Source: Trichomonas gallinae
Lineage: Eukaryota
NCBI GenBank assembly: GCA_008369845.1
Contig: MRSU01003813.1
Span: forward strand, 1-62,635
DNA length: 62,635 bases
Direction: 5' to 3'
Below are positions 19,447 through 29,251 of this stretch, piece by piece (the first letter of the stretch is position 1; every line of letters starts with the position of its first letter). Below the pieces are notes generated by a model. It saw nothing but the letters and a program-made list of their open reading frames with translations. It made no database searches and had not been told where the DNA came from. The position numbers and the translations under genes are program-made.

Positions 19447-20724
19447 TCATGATCTAGGCTTACGACGAGCAGATAATAATTCTGTTTGAGGTCTTGGCTT
19501 TCTGCTAACTTTAACTTTGCTTTTTGCTGTTCTTGTTAAATTTGTTGTAGTTGCTGAACGTTCTCTCTGATAAAATTGATCCATAACACCTGTAAGTGTC
19601 TCCATGACGCGCTCTGGATGATGGATATTTTTGTAATTCTTTTCGATAAATTTTTCTGCAGCATCAAGCTTTTCAGCGCGATATGTTTTATGTAGTTCAG
19701 CATTCTTCTGATTTTCAATTGAAACTTTCTCTTTTATCATATTCAATTCTCGATTTAAAAAAGTTATTTCTGATTCTAAAACAGATACATTAGTTTGAGC
19801 GCTCTTGAATCGATTCAATGCTTTTTCTAAAGAAGCTGCCAATGTTCTTTCTTGTGCTTGTAGATTTGCTTTGTCGATTTTAGCATTTTCAAGTTCTCGT
19901 TTCGCGATTTCTACTGAGTATTGCAGTTCTGCTATCTGATAATTCTGGTTGTCTATCTTTTTCTGTGCTTCTTCACTGATTTTCTTTGCTTTTAAGAGCT
20001 TTTTTTGTTGATTTATTTCACCAAGCAATTTTTCTGATTTATCTTTATTCGTTTCTATTTCGCTTTCAAGTGTTTCTATTAAATTGACCTTTAACTTAAA
20101 ATCATCCAATGTATCGCGTAATTCTTTTGATTTTGTAAGAAGAGCTCGGAGTTCTTGAGCTAGTTGCTGTGTTTTTGCTCTTTGAGCATCAACCTTTTCG
20201 TGCTGTTGTACAGATTCTCTGAGTTTCATTTGCGAAGATATTGAAAGTTGTTCAGATTCTGAGAGTAGATCTCGTTTTTTGATGGCCCAATCGTTCAGAT
20301 CATTTTCTAAGTCGCACTGTAAGTTCATAATATATAGTTTATGCTTCATTGCGTTATCTGATACAATTTGATTGACTTCGTATGGACCTCTTTCGAGTAA
20401 TTCTTGGATTTGCTTTTCTACACTCGCTTTCTCTTCTGTTAGTGATGACACTGATTGTCTAGTGCGAGATAACAGTAATTCTGTAGATTGTAATTGGTGG
20501 ATTATCTCAGATGGAGAAAGAGTTGCATTACCACCACGTATTCTACCATCTAACGGATTGATTATTACTGGTTGTCCCCAGTCTGCAGGCATATTCCTTT
20601 TTGCGAGAAAATCTAATTTGTCGCGTAGTATTTTTTGCTCATTGAGTGCCTCAACTAGGGCCTGGTGAGCATCCCTATATGCTTCTTCGTCATCGTTAAC
20701 AGGTTTAGGGGGCGTTTCCCCCAT
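19447..20724 (-). CDS. Coiled-coil protein of unknown function (~425 aa)
   Basis: Long heptad-rich ORF. The likely start is MGETPPKP at 20724, just downstream of an Inr-like GTCACTTTTTT; the track start at 20793 adds an AT-rich non-coding-looking leader. Confidence 0.8.
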   Translation of the reverse strand: MGETPPKPVNDDEEAYRDAHQALVEALNEQKILRDKLDFLAKRNMPADWGQPVIINPLDGRIRGGNATLSPSEIIHQLQSTELLLSRTRQSVSSLTEEKASVEKQIQELLERGPYEVNQIVSDNAMKHKLYIMNLQCDLENDLNDWAIKKRDLLSESEQLSISSQMKLRESVQQHEKVDAQRAKTQQLAQELRALLTKSKELRDTLDDFKLKVNLIETLESEIETNKDKSEKLLGEINQQKKLLKAKKISEEAQKKIDNQNYQIAELQYSVEIAKRELENAKIDKANLQAQERTLAASLEKALNRFKSAQTNVSVLESEITFLNRELNMIKEKVSIENQKNAELHKTYRAEKLDAAEKFIEKNYKNIHHPERVMETLTGVMDQFYQRERSATTTNLTRTAKSKVKVSRKPRPQTELLSARRKPRS

Positions 20725-20741
20725 TACTGTCACAAGATTTT

Positions 20742-20752
20742 GAAAAAAGTGA
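20742..20752 (-). promoter_or_regulatory. Trichomonad initiator (Inr, TCACT)
   Basis: The minus strand reads GTCACTTTTTT about 20-28 nt upstream of ATG 20724, matching the T. vaginalis Inr consensus TCA(T/C)(T/A). Confidence 0.6.
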
Positions 20753-20760
20753 CAATCAAC

Positions 20761-20892
20761 AGATTTTTGACAAATAAAATCAAAATATGTCATGTAAAAC
20801 AGTTGGAATATGATGTAGATGTTGAAAAAGATTCTGCTATCAAACCATTAGAAAACCCGCTTTTAGCTGCAAAAAAGATATCACAGTTTTAA
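20761..20892 (+). pseudogene. Degenerate duplicate of the promoter and first ~30 codons of the gene at 20996
   Basis: agatttttgacaaataaa...aaaatatgtcatgta repeats at 20761 and 20933. The copy translates LEYDVDVEKDSAIKPLENPLLAAKK versus MEYDIEDAEKNSSSKPTENLLLAEEK; ATG has become TTG and a stop follows at 20890. Confidence 0.8.
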
Positions 20893-20995
20893 GAACGCAT
20901 TATTAACTAAAGAGAAGACTGGGAGTAAATGAAGATTTTTGACAAATAAAGCTAAAATATGTCATGTAGACACATATTTACAAGTCAAAAAAATT

Positions 20996-22489
20996 ATGGA
21001 ATATGATATAGAAGATGCTGAAAAGAATTCTTCAAGTAAACCAACTGAGAATTTGTTATTAGCCGAAGAAAAAACTAGATATCCACAAATTAATCAAATT
21101 ATCGGAGATATCTTAGCAATTGAAGATTCAAATCCAGAAATAGTCACTGCTGAGCTTCAGACTGCCGTTTCTAACTTGTTAACAGAGTCAGCATCAGTGA
21201 AAAAACTACTTGATGCAGAACAAGTTCATAATTTTTTCGAGATCTTATCAAGACAAGACAATGATTTAACAATTATCCAAAATGTATTAAAAATACTCGA
21301 AATATATTCAATAAATTTACCAAAAACAGAAGATTTGAATTTTCCAGAAGATGCAATTTCGCTTTTAATCACACATTTAAATTTACCAAGCACATTAATG
21401 ATATTAGCAACAATGATCAAAAGAGACCACTCAGTTATAGTTAAACTTAACGAAATAACAAAAGGTGACATTATCGAAAGGGTTAATTACTTGTTAATGA
21501 TAGATACATCATGCGATGCAGCTTTGTATTTCATGGCAGCAGTGTGGTCAACGAATTACAATGTCGAATTTAACAAAAACATTCAAAAACCATTTTATAC
21601 TATTTTGAACAACAATTTATTCTTTTACTACCCTAAAAATGCATTCAAAGCATTGAGATACTTCATAAAGAAGTCAGATGATGCAGCAAAAGAAAACAAT
21701 GCAATTTTATTCATTGAATCAAATAGAACAGAATGTTTTACGAATTTGTGTGCAAATAAGAACGGAGCAAAGAGTGCCATAAGATTCTTCGCAGCATTAG
21801 TATATGTCTTGAGTGATATTGACAATCTTTTGGATGATTTCGACATGGGATTAATTTTTTCTTGGATTTTTCGCAATAGCAACGACACAAATCTGTCCAA
21901 GAGCATTAAATACATAGACAACATCATCTGTAACTATATGGACTCTGGGTCACCCGAAAGAAACTCTTATATTGTTTATTGGTTCATCGAGATGAAAATT
22001 TACGAATTAGTTATTGCTTCTTATTATAACTGCCAATCGACAACGAAGCTTTATATTGTAGATATCCTGGCGCAGCTCATGGTACATAGCACGCCTGCCC
22101 AATGCAATTACATGATTAACAAAGCTCCGATAATTTCAATAATTACGGAGTTTTTGTGTAATTATAACAGTGGATCACAAAAATATCTTGATTATATCGA
22201 TGAACTCATTTCAAATGCCTTAGAAACTGTTGTAATTTTTATTGAATTACAAAATTCTAATGAAAGTCGCGTAAATAAGCTGAAAGGAGTACCTGATAAT
22301 GTATTACTAGAGTACTTAAAGAACATAGAAGCAATGAAACCTCGCATTTATAATCCAGAAAACTCACAAATTCAATTGCAAGATGAAATAAGAGAAGAAT
22401 TGCTTGAAAAGGCGGATTTGGATGATCACCAGCATGAATGTATTTACAGATTTGTCGAAGATTTGGACAAAATCTTTGGAACTGAATAG
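20996..22489 (+). CDS. Armadillo/HEAT-like alpha-solenoid protein of unknown function (~497 aa)
   Basis: Long amphipathic-helical, Leu/Ile-rich ORF with first ATG at 20996. The C-terminal segment TKLYIVDILAQLMVH resembles TKPYACLVLLQYMTMH in the gene at 29252. Confidence 0.75.
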   Translation: MEYDIEDAEKNSSSKPTENLLLAEEKTRYPQINQIIGDILAIEDSNPEIVTAELQTAVSNLLTESASVKKLLDAEQVHNFFEILSRQDNDLTIIQNVLKILEIYSINLPKTEDLNFPEDAISLLITHLNLPSTLMILATMIKRDHSVIVKLNEITKGDIIERVNYLLMIDTSCDAALYFMAAVWSTNYNVEFNKNIQKPFYTILNNNLFFYYPKNAFKALRYFIKKSDDAAKENNAILFIESNRTECFTNLCANKNGAKSAIRFFAALVYVLSDIDNLLDDFDMGLIFSWIFRNSNDTNLSKSIKYIDNIICNYMDSGSPERNSYIVYWFIEMKIYELVIASYYNCQSTTKLYIVDILAQLMVHSTPAQCNYMINKAPIISIITEFLCNYNSGSQKYLDYIDELISNALETVVIFIELQNSNESRVNKLKGVPDNVLLEYLKNIEAMKPRIYNPENSQIQLQDEIREELLEKADLDDHQHECIYRFVEDLDKIFGTE

Positions 22490-22914
22490 ATTATAATAGA
22501 TTGTTTATATTAAATAGAGTATTTTCGAAATTAGATACAATAAATGTAATGCATAAATAGATGACCATTAACATATTAACTCTATAGCTAATAATGATAT
22601 AGATTCAAAATAATCAAAATAGAATCTTATTGATTTAAATGATTTTGTCGTTAAAATTGTTTATTAATCAATAAATACTATAATGATATGAATATAATTT
22701 GGATCAACTCAGTGAAAAAGTCGTTGAAACGATACATTTTATAATTTTTTTTACAAGTTTCTGTGATATTAGTTGCAGAGAATAATAATTACATGGTTTT
22801 GTAAATTATGAAAAAAGTGATATTCCGAGTGGGTTGCAAAAATATCCATTTTCCAATGCAAAATGTTATTTTCTTTTTATCTTCCAAAGAATGATAATGA
22901 ATTTGCATTGAAAT

Positions 22915-23372
22915 ATTCAACTCGGAAATAAAATAAAAAATTTACATGACAAAACATCTACAAACATGCTTTTCGACTAACAAAACTTCTAAAATTGTAA
23001 TTTTCTTCAAAATTTCAACTCGGCAAATTAAAATAACGTAGATTTTACATGTCAAAAATAATAACATGCTTATGAATGGATAATATGGTTTTCAAACAAA
23101 TTGTGAATGCATTTTTATAAAAATTTTAGAATGAAAGTTTAAATATTATATGATTTACATGTCAGAAAATCATAATAAGTTTTTGCTAAGATATTATCAA
23201 ACTAATATGAATGATGAACATAATTTTGCTAAAAATGAATAATCGAAGTTTAAAAATGGTAAAGTTTTACATGTCAGAAAAATCTTAACAAGCTTTTGAG
23301 TTGATGATATGGAATTAAAATGAATGATGAGTGCAAATTTGCTAAAATTGATATTATTTACATGTCAGAAAT
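22915..23372. repeat. Degenerate ~90-112-bp tandem repeat (about 5 units), each unit containing TTTACATG(T/A)CA
   Basis: The motif starts at 22941, 23044, 23154, 23266 and 23357. Shared blocks include ttcaactcgg, aacatgctt, atgaatgatga and tttgctaaaa. Confidence 0.85.
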
Positions 23373-23553
23373 TTGATCTAATTTTGAAAGAAGAGTCAGA
23401 AAATTTGAGAAAACAGTCAATTTTTAAGTCAAATAATGTAAAGTTTTGTGTCAATTTTTTTCATCAGATACAAAAAACAAAAATAGGTTTATTATAGATA
23501 ATTATTTCTGTTTTTGCTAAAAAATTCGAAAAAAAGTAAAAAAAACTTCAAAA

Positions 23554-25992
23554 ATGGACTGCACCTCGATTCAAGAACTTGCACAGAGGATCCCGCAGTA
23601 CGTTATTCATTTCAACGATTTCAACATAATCAAAATCATCGGAAGGGGTGGTTTCGGTGAAGTATATATGGCAGAACATCGTGGAACAGGAATTGTTTGC
23701 GCATTAAAGAAATTGACTGTCAGTGAACAAGAATTCATCGAAACTCACCAGAAATACTTCATCAGAGAAGTCTACATTCTCTCAAAAACTCAACATCCCT
23801 TCTTGTTGCAGCTCTTAGGATTTTCTGCCGATTATCCCTACTGCATTGCCACTGAGTTTATTACGAATGGCTCACTGTACGATGCGCTGCATCACAAGAA
23901 AGGATCGCCAACCCTCAATGGCACGCATTTAACAATTATCGGATTAGTCTGCTCAATGGCATTGCAAAGTCTTCACAAGAAAAACATCATGCACAGAGAT
24001 ATAAAGACGTTGAATGTCCTGTTGGATGACAAATGCTTGCCTCATATCTGCGATTTCGGTATTTCGAGAGAAGACAACCAAGAAGATATCAACGAGACGA
24101 GCTTAAGAACAGGTGACATTGGTACACCTAACTGGATGGCTCCAGAATTGTTTGGTCAAACGCATTACGATAATAGAATTGATATCTACGCTTTCGGCAT
24201 TATGCTGTGGGAAATGCTGACAGGAGAAGTACCATTTGCAGGTAAGCAGCCTTTCGTTATCATGCAGCTCGTTTCTAGTGGAGTTCGTCCCAAAATACCG
24301 CCAAATACTCCACCACCGCTCGCACAGCTCATTTCTACATGCTGGAGACAGGACCCCAATGAGCGTGTAGACTTCGGTAAAATCGCAAGAGCTTTCGAAA
24401 GGCATAAAGTGGAATATCCTGGAACAGATCGCGCAGAAGTTGATAAATTCATTGCAGCATGGAAGTCAGGAACTTATCAGAACGCACAGCTTCTCAGTGC
24501 ACCACAAAGACCACCAGGATCTTCAGAAGTTTCGCAATCTCCTCAAGCGGCGCCAAGGCCAGCAGTTCCAGCAGGATTGTCACAGATGCTTACAAATCCA
24601 GCAGATCCAAACTTCGAACCTGCAGCTATTCAAGCAATTCAACAAGCAAATCCTGCAACATTCATACAACTCCTTCAGCTCTTATTCATTGCCTTCCCAC
24701 AGCTTCAGCCCGAAGTAACATCACGTATTCTGAGGGAATTAGCTCAATTATTCATGACAAATCCGAAATGCGCAGAAATCTTCATCCAATCTACAGCTTA
24801 CATCAATCTTGAGAAGCTTTATGCAACGCCAAACATCTGCCCAGCATGTAATCAATGCTTAGAAGCGCTTTTCCAGAACGATTTCAGAATGATTACAAGA
24901 GATCTTCTTTATATGTCTCTTAGACTCTGCCAGACATATCCAGCATCATCATGCGCTTGCTTAGCCAACTATGTTGCAAACTTAGAGGCACCTTTCGCTG
25001 AAGAAGTTGTCGGATACATGACATTCTATGTAGATTACTTCAAGAATGCCGAAAATGCTGATGTTTATGTCGATACATTATTCTTCTACGCGTCTAACTT
25101 CCCAACAACGCAATATATCCAGAAAATCATTCAATCTTTCGTTGTAGTTCTCACAAGCGGCAATGAAGCATCCATTGAAACAGCTTACAGGGCACTGACT
25201 GTCCTCAGAGTGTCAGGCATCATTGTTCCAACAGAAGTCATGGTGTCTCATCTCAGATTCCCAGGATTAGTTGTTTCCGTTCTTTTGTACCTATCAACAC
25301 TACCTGATGGCCTTGTCATCTCTTCCCAGCTGATATCCGCAATAATTGAGCACGTTCACGAGGACAAACTCGCTGTTTACGTTTTGTGCTTGTTCGCAGA
25401 ACGCGATGACACTGCCTCTGTTCTCATCCAGAACTGGGAGAAGTGGCTGAGCTCTCCAATGATTCCTGTCGCTGACTCGGTGAGGATCTTTCTCGCGTGC
25501 ATGTGCAAGCCAAACTGCAGGCCAATGCTCGCTCAAATTACGAAGTTATCAAACTTCTTCAAAGTCATGGTTGAGTCTAATGACAACGAGCTGATAGAGA
25601 ACATTTACCCTGTTGTCAAAAGACTCGACTTGGGGACAGACTTCATTGCCCAGTGCCAGGCGATTGGACTCCTTAAGATCTTGCTGCAGGGATATCAGTC
25701 GAAGTCCAACGAGTTGATGCTAAAGTCCGGCCTCCAGATGATTGAGATGCTCGCCAGGAAGTCTTACATTCCTGACTATTTAGAGTACCTCCCTTACGCT
25801 CTGTTCGTCATCCAGGCATGGGATGAGTCATGGAGAAGGATCTGCGTTTCACTGATTTTCTCAGTCATGAATAACCCAGACTCACACAACACACTTCGCG
25901 CGTTAAGACTCAGAGAGTATCTCAGCCCCAACAACCTTTCACCAGAGCTGATGAATTACGCGAACTACATCTTCCAGACATTGGGAATCTAA
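23554..25992 (+). CDS. TKL-family protein kinase with C-terminal armadillo-like domain
   Basis: GRGGFGEVY, ALKK, HRDIKTLNVLL, DFG, GTPNWMAPE, DIYAFGIMLWEM and CW..DP..R motifs; a Pro-rich linker is followed by about 470 aa of helical repeats. Confidence 0.95.
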   Translation: MDCTSIQELAQRIPQYVIHFNDFNIIKIIGRGGFGEVYMAEHRGTGIVCALKKLTVSEQEFIETHQKYFIREVYILSKTQHPFLLQLLGFSADYPYCIATEFITNGSLYDALHHKKGSPTLNGTHLTIIGLVCSMALQSLHKKNIMHRDIKTLNVLLDDKCLPHICDFGISREDNQEDINETSLRTGDIGTPNWMAPELFGQTHYDNRIDIYAFGIMLWEMLTGEVPFAGKQPFVIMQLVSSGVRPKIPPNTPPPLAQLISTCWRQDPNERVDFGKIARAFERHKVEYPGTDRAEVDKFIAAWKSGTYQNAQLLSAPQRPPGSSEVSQSPQAAPRPAVPAGLSQMLTNPADPNFEPAAIQAIQQANPATFIQLLQLLFIAFPQLQPEVTSRILRELAQLFMTNPKCAEIFIQSTAYINLEKLYATPNICPACNQCLEALFQNDFRMITRDLLYMSLRLCQTYPASSCACLANYVANLEAPFAEEVVGYMTFYVDYFKNAENADVYVDTLFFYASNFPTTQYIQKIIQSFVVVLTSGNEASIETAYRALTVLRVSGIIVPTEVMVSHLRFPGLVVSVLLYLSTLPDGLVISSQLISAIIEHVHEDKLAVYVLCLFAERDDTASVLIQNWEKWLSSPMIPVADSVRIFLACMCKPNCRPMLAQITKLSNFFKVMVESNDNELIENIYPVVKRLDLGTDFIAQCQAIGLLKILLQGYQSKSNELMLKSGLQMIEMLARKSYIPDYLEYLPYALFVIQAWDESWRRICVSLIFSVMNNPDSHNTLRALRLREYLSPNNLSPELMNYANYIFQTLGI

Positions 25993-26157
25993 TATTTTTA
26001 TGAAATAATAATAAACAATTGTTAGTTATCATTTCTCATTATTTTTCATAATGTAATGAGAATAATTCTTCAAAGTATCTCACAAATTAAAATGTCAAAA
26101 TTTGCCGGGCAGTTTTTCAAAAAATGTCGAACTAGTCTATTCTTTTATTCAAACAAT

Positions 26158-26164
<7 letters not shown>

Positions 26165-26226
<62 letters not shown>
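26165..26226. repeat. Compound microsatellite (AT)17(AG)14
   Basis: Read directly; lies between the convergent 3' ends of the TKL kinase and the Gly-rich gene. Confidence 0.97.
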
Positions 26227-26228
<2 letters not shown>

Positions 26229-26261
26229 GCCATAGTTCAGCTTTCGGAATTCGCGGATTTA

Positions 26262-27218
26262 TTATGTTAAAGGACGAACTAAACAAATAAATACTTGGAG
26301 ATTCGAAAGTGGCTGTTGACCTACCTTTTGATCATAACTTTCAATATCATATGATGATGAAAATACTGTGATCTTGATTTGTCCATTGCCTCTGTTGGAG
26401 TAAGTTGTGGTTGAAGCGACGACATTATATTTTGACGAATTTTTCACGCCGCCAATATACCCACTCCCACCTCCACCAGAGGCACAATATCCACTACCAT
26501 GATCTGTTGTTGATGACCCACCTCCACCACCATAATACCCACCCCCACCCCCACCTCCAGCCCATGCTTGAACAGCTGTAGAACCTGCTCCACCATAAAA
26601 CCAACTGCCAGAAGTTGCCCCTCTTGAATGATATGCCGAACCTCCATTCGCTTGAGTTCCTGGGCCTCCTTCTTGCGAACATGATGGATTGCTTTTAGAT
26701 CCAGATGTTCCTGAGCTTCCTCCTCCATTTCCAGAGCTTGGAGCTGCTTGACAGCTTCCCCCACCCCCACCAGCTACAATGATTCTATTGGCAATATCTT
26801 TGGAATTTATCCTGATGTCTGAACTTCCACCTCCACTTCCACTTTGACCATAACTATTAGCTAAATCATACCCACCTCGTCCACCACCATTATATCCTCC
26901 TATTGGGTTCCCATTATAGTTTTTTCCGTCCACACCTTTTCCGCCGATAAAAAAGAAAGCTTTTGCCTCTTTTGCTGTCTCAAAGTATCCTACACTATAT
27001 CCACCATTCCCACCCACTTGGCCAGTATATGAATTCCCTCCTCCCGCACCTATTACCTCAAATTTATACTTGCCTGGATGTAGGGAAGCTGTATAAGGCG
27101 TGCATGAAGTTTGGTCATTGCATGGATAATTTAATGTGTATATTTTATACCCATTTACGACCGATTTTTCAACTTTAACACTGCCAAGTCCTGGCGTTTC
27201 CAGGTCAAAGGAAAGCAT
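26262..27218 (-). CDS. Glycine-rich domain protein (ALK/LTK-like Gly_rich domain; 'loricrin-like' trichomonad family)
   Basis: PGKYKFEVIGAGGG, GGNGGYS.G, FIGGKG, GGYNGGG, GGGSSDIR, RIIVAGGGGG, GGGGYYGGGGG, GGGGSGYIG and GNGQIKIT occur in canonical order. Confidence 0.9.
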   Translation of the reverse strand: MLSFDLETPGLGSVKVEKSVVNGYKIYTLNYPCNDQTSCTPYTASLHPGKYKFEVIGAGGGNSYTGQVGGNGGYSVGYFETAKEAKAFFFIGGKGVDGKNYNGNPIGGYNGGGRGGYDLANSYGQSGSGGGSSDIRINSKDIANRIIVAGGGGGSCQAAPSSGNGGGSSGTSGSKSNPSCSQEGGPGTQANGGSAYHSRGATSGSWFYGGAGSTAVQAWAGGGGGGGYYGGGGGSSTTDHGSGYCASGGGGSGYIGGVKNSSKYNVVASTTTYSNRGNGQIKITVFSSSYDIESYDQKVGQQPLSNLQVFICLVRPLT

Positions 27219-27694
27219 TCAACACAACTTACCCGAATCATAAAGCTCTAAATTATAGTTTTGTCATTCTCTTCATTCACTCACAAACACCAAAAATTCA
27301 CACAATCATGCTCTATCATTATCGCACATATATATAACTCATATCATAGATCTTAATCAGCTCAATTTAGGCAATCACATTGACACATAACAAAGAAACA
27401 TGGCATCAAAACAAATAGGTTGTTTAATATCAATTTGAGTTAAACTTAAAATGATTCATGTCAAGTTCATTTAATTATATTAAATTTTTAGTGGATCCAC
27501 AAAAATTGACGAAAGAGTATTATATAGGAATATGTATTTTTGCTATAATATAAAATTCAAAATTTTGTCAAAATAGTCAAATTGTCAGTTTGTCACTAAA
27601 TATTTTTTTTTTTTTTTTGGTAATATAGCATTATCATATAAGAGTAAAACAAAACCGTTTTTGTTGTCATATGGCAGAAAAAAAATTATTTCAA

Positions 27695-27986
27695 ATGATT
27701 GTGTTGTTTCTTGCTTTATTGTCTGCCTTATCCGTATCCAAACTACATAAAAGAACACATTCAGTGAGAAAGCCGTGGAATAACTATCCAGAATACAAAA
27801 AAGGAGAAAGAAGACAGGTATCGTAATAGTGCGCGTAATCCAGAAGGGAAGTTTTCAGGACCGATACATGGAGTACATTCTACACATGACTATCAAACTA
27901 CAAAATATTTTACAAATGACCTTCCAATAAGTCTAAAGGATCCTGATGAAACATTTTCAGGTCCAACAAATCCCTATCATAAATAA
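27695..27986 (+). pseudogene. Small secreted-protein gene (~96 aa) split by a 1-nt frameshift; pseudogene or homopolymer sequencing error
   Basis: MIVLFLALLSALSVS is a signal-peptide-like start and the frame stops at 27824. Removing one A from the A6 run (27797-27802) joins it to an open frame ...YKKEKEDRYRNSARNPEGKFSGP...DPDETFSGPTNPYHK* ending at 27986. Confidence 0.55.
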
Positions 27987-28216
27987 TAATTTTTAGTTTT
28001 GATCTTATTCTTTTCTTGTTATGTTATTCATTTTATTTCGCATATCCTTACTAAATCTTCGTCATTACTATTTAAATTCCATTTTTTTCAAAAATAATTT
28101 CAAATATACACAAAAGATGAGAATTCCAAATTGAGTACGAGCCAAAATAAATAATGGTAACTTACAGACAATATTTATAAAACAAAAAATAAAAATACAA
28201 AATATTCTAAGATATA

Positions 28217-28903
28217 TCACTTATGATTTCGTTGTAGAAATTGGTCTTGAAGCGCCTCTGTATTTTTTAATCGTACTTGCAGCTGGTTAATATCATTAAT
28301 CAAAGAATTATTTTGTTTTTGAATAATAGGTAGATAATTGGCTTGTTTTCTAGCATTTAACTCACTTGAGAGCGAATTAAGTCGAGTGAGAAGTATTTCA
28401 CGCTCTTTTCTACCGTAATTGATTTCCTCCTTTAATCGGTCGTTTTCTGATTCAATTTTATTGTTAATCTGTTCGTAAGTACTCAACCTTTGCTTGAGGC
28501 GTTCCATTTTATTGTTTGTTTCGTCAGCGAATTTTTTCATTATTTTTTCTGTCTGATTAATGTGCTTCTGGCATTTCTTAAGTTTTAATTGTAATAATTC
28601 TGTTTCGTTTTGATTGTTTTTAATGAAATTTGGAACCCATTTTGAAAACTTGATCAAATCTGTTGGAGCTTCAGGAACTAATTGTGTAACAGATTCCATT
28701 ATTTCATTTGCAAAATCTCTTTTAGGATTATTTTGGAACTTTAATCGATCAATAACAAGATAACAAAATTGCTCAACTTTTTTTAATACGTTTTTCTGGT
28801 CAATTATTGAATTTACCAATTCCACTTTCGATACATCATCTACTCGTAAGAATAATGAGACTTTCCCCGCAGATTCATCAATTAATTTTGCAATTTCTTC
28901 CAT
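28217..28903 (-). CDS. Coiled-coil protein of unknown function (228 aa)
   Basis: ATG-initiated ORF with a heptad-rich C-terminal half. Confidence 0.8.
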   Translation of the reverse strand: MEEIAKLIDESAGKVSLFLRVDDVSKVELVNSIIDQKNVLKKVEQFCYLVIDRLKFQNNPKRDFANEIMESVTQLVPEAPTDLIKFSKWVPNFIKNNQNETELLQLKLKKCQKHINQTEKIMKKFADETNNKMERLKQRLSTYEQINNKIESENDRLKEEINYGRKEREILLTRLNSLSSELNARKQANYLPIIQKQNNSLINDINQLQVRLKNTEALQDQFLQRNHK

Positions 28904-28928
28904 TTTTTATTTTTTTAACGGTCACTCT

Positions 28929-29233
28929 CCCCTTTTATTCTAATTCAGACCCTTTTATTTTATTTCCCCTTATTAAATATTTCAACCCCTAAATTTATTT
29001 TAGTTTTTCCCCTTTTATTATAATTCAGACCCTCCAATATAACATTTTGACCAAAGGGACTTCGCCAATAATATAGGGAAGAACACGGACTAGTATTCAA
29101 CCTATAGTATCTACCCATGGTATAGATCTTATCATTAAGATTTCTCAAAGAGTTTTTATTCCTACCCCCTTTATTTTTATTCAGACCCTTTTATATTTAA
29201 ATTCCCCTAATGAAACATTTTGACCCCTAAATT
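28929..29233. repeat. Phased CCC(C)T array with ~65-bp degenerate direct repeats in a divergent promoter
   Basis: C-runs end at 28932, 28952, 28969, 28989, 29012, 29032 and again at 29169, 29188, 29207, 29227. The block ccccttt...attcagaccct occurs three times. Confidence 0.8.
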
Positions 29234-29251
29234 TTAATATTATTTTTGTTG

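Noticed and set aside
19024..23372. Spaced intergenic repeats as a CRISPR-like array
   Set aside because: Eukaryotic context, no cas genes, and the 'spacers' are themselves degenerate copies of each other.
27818..27843. 26-nt GT...CAG segment that could be a short trichomonad intron
   Set aside because: It lacks the CTAAC branch-point/3' motif of trichomonad introns, and splicing would lead into a less convincing frame than the 1-nt repair.
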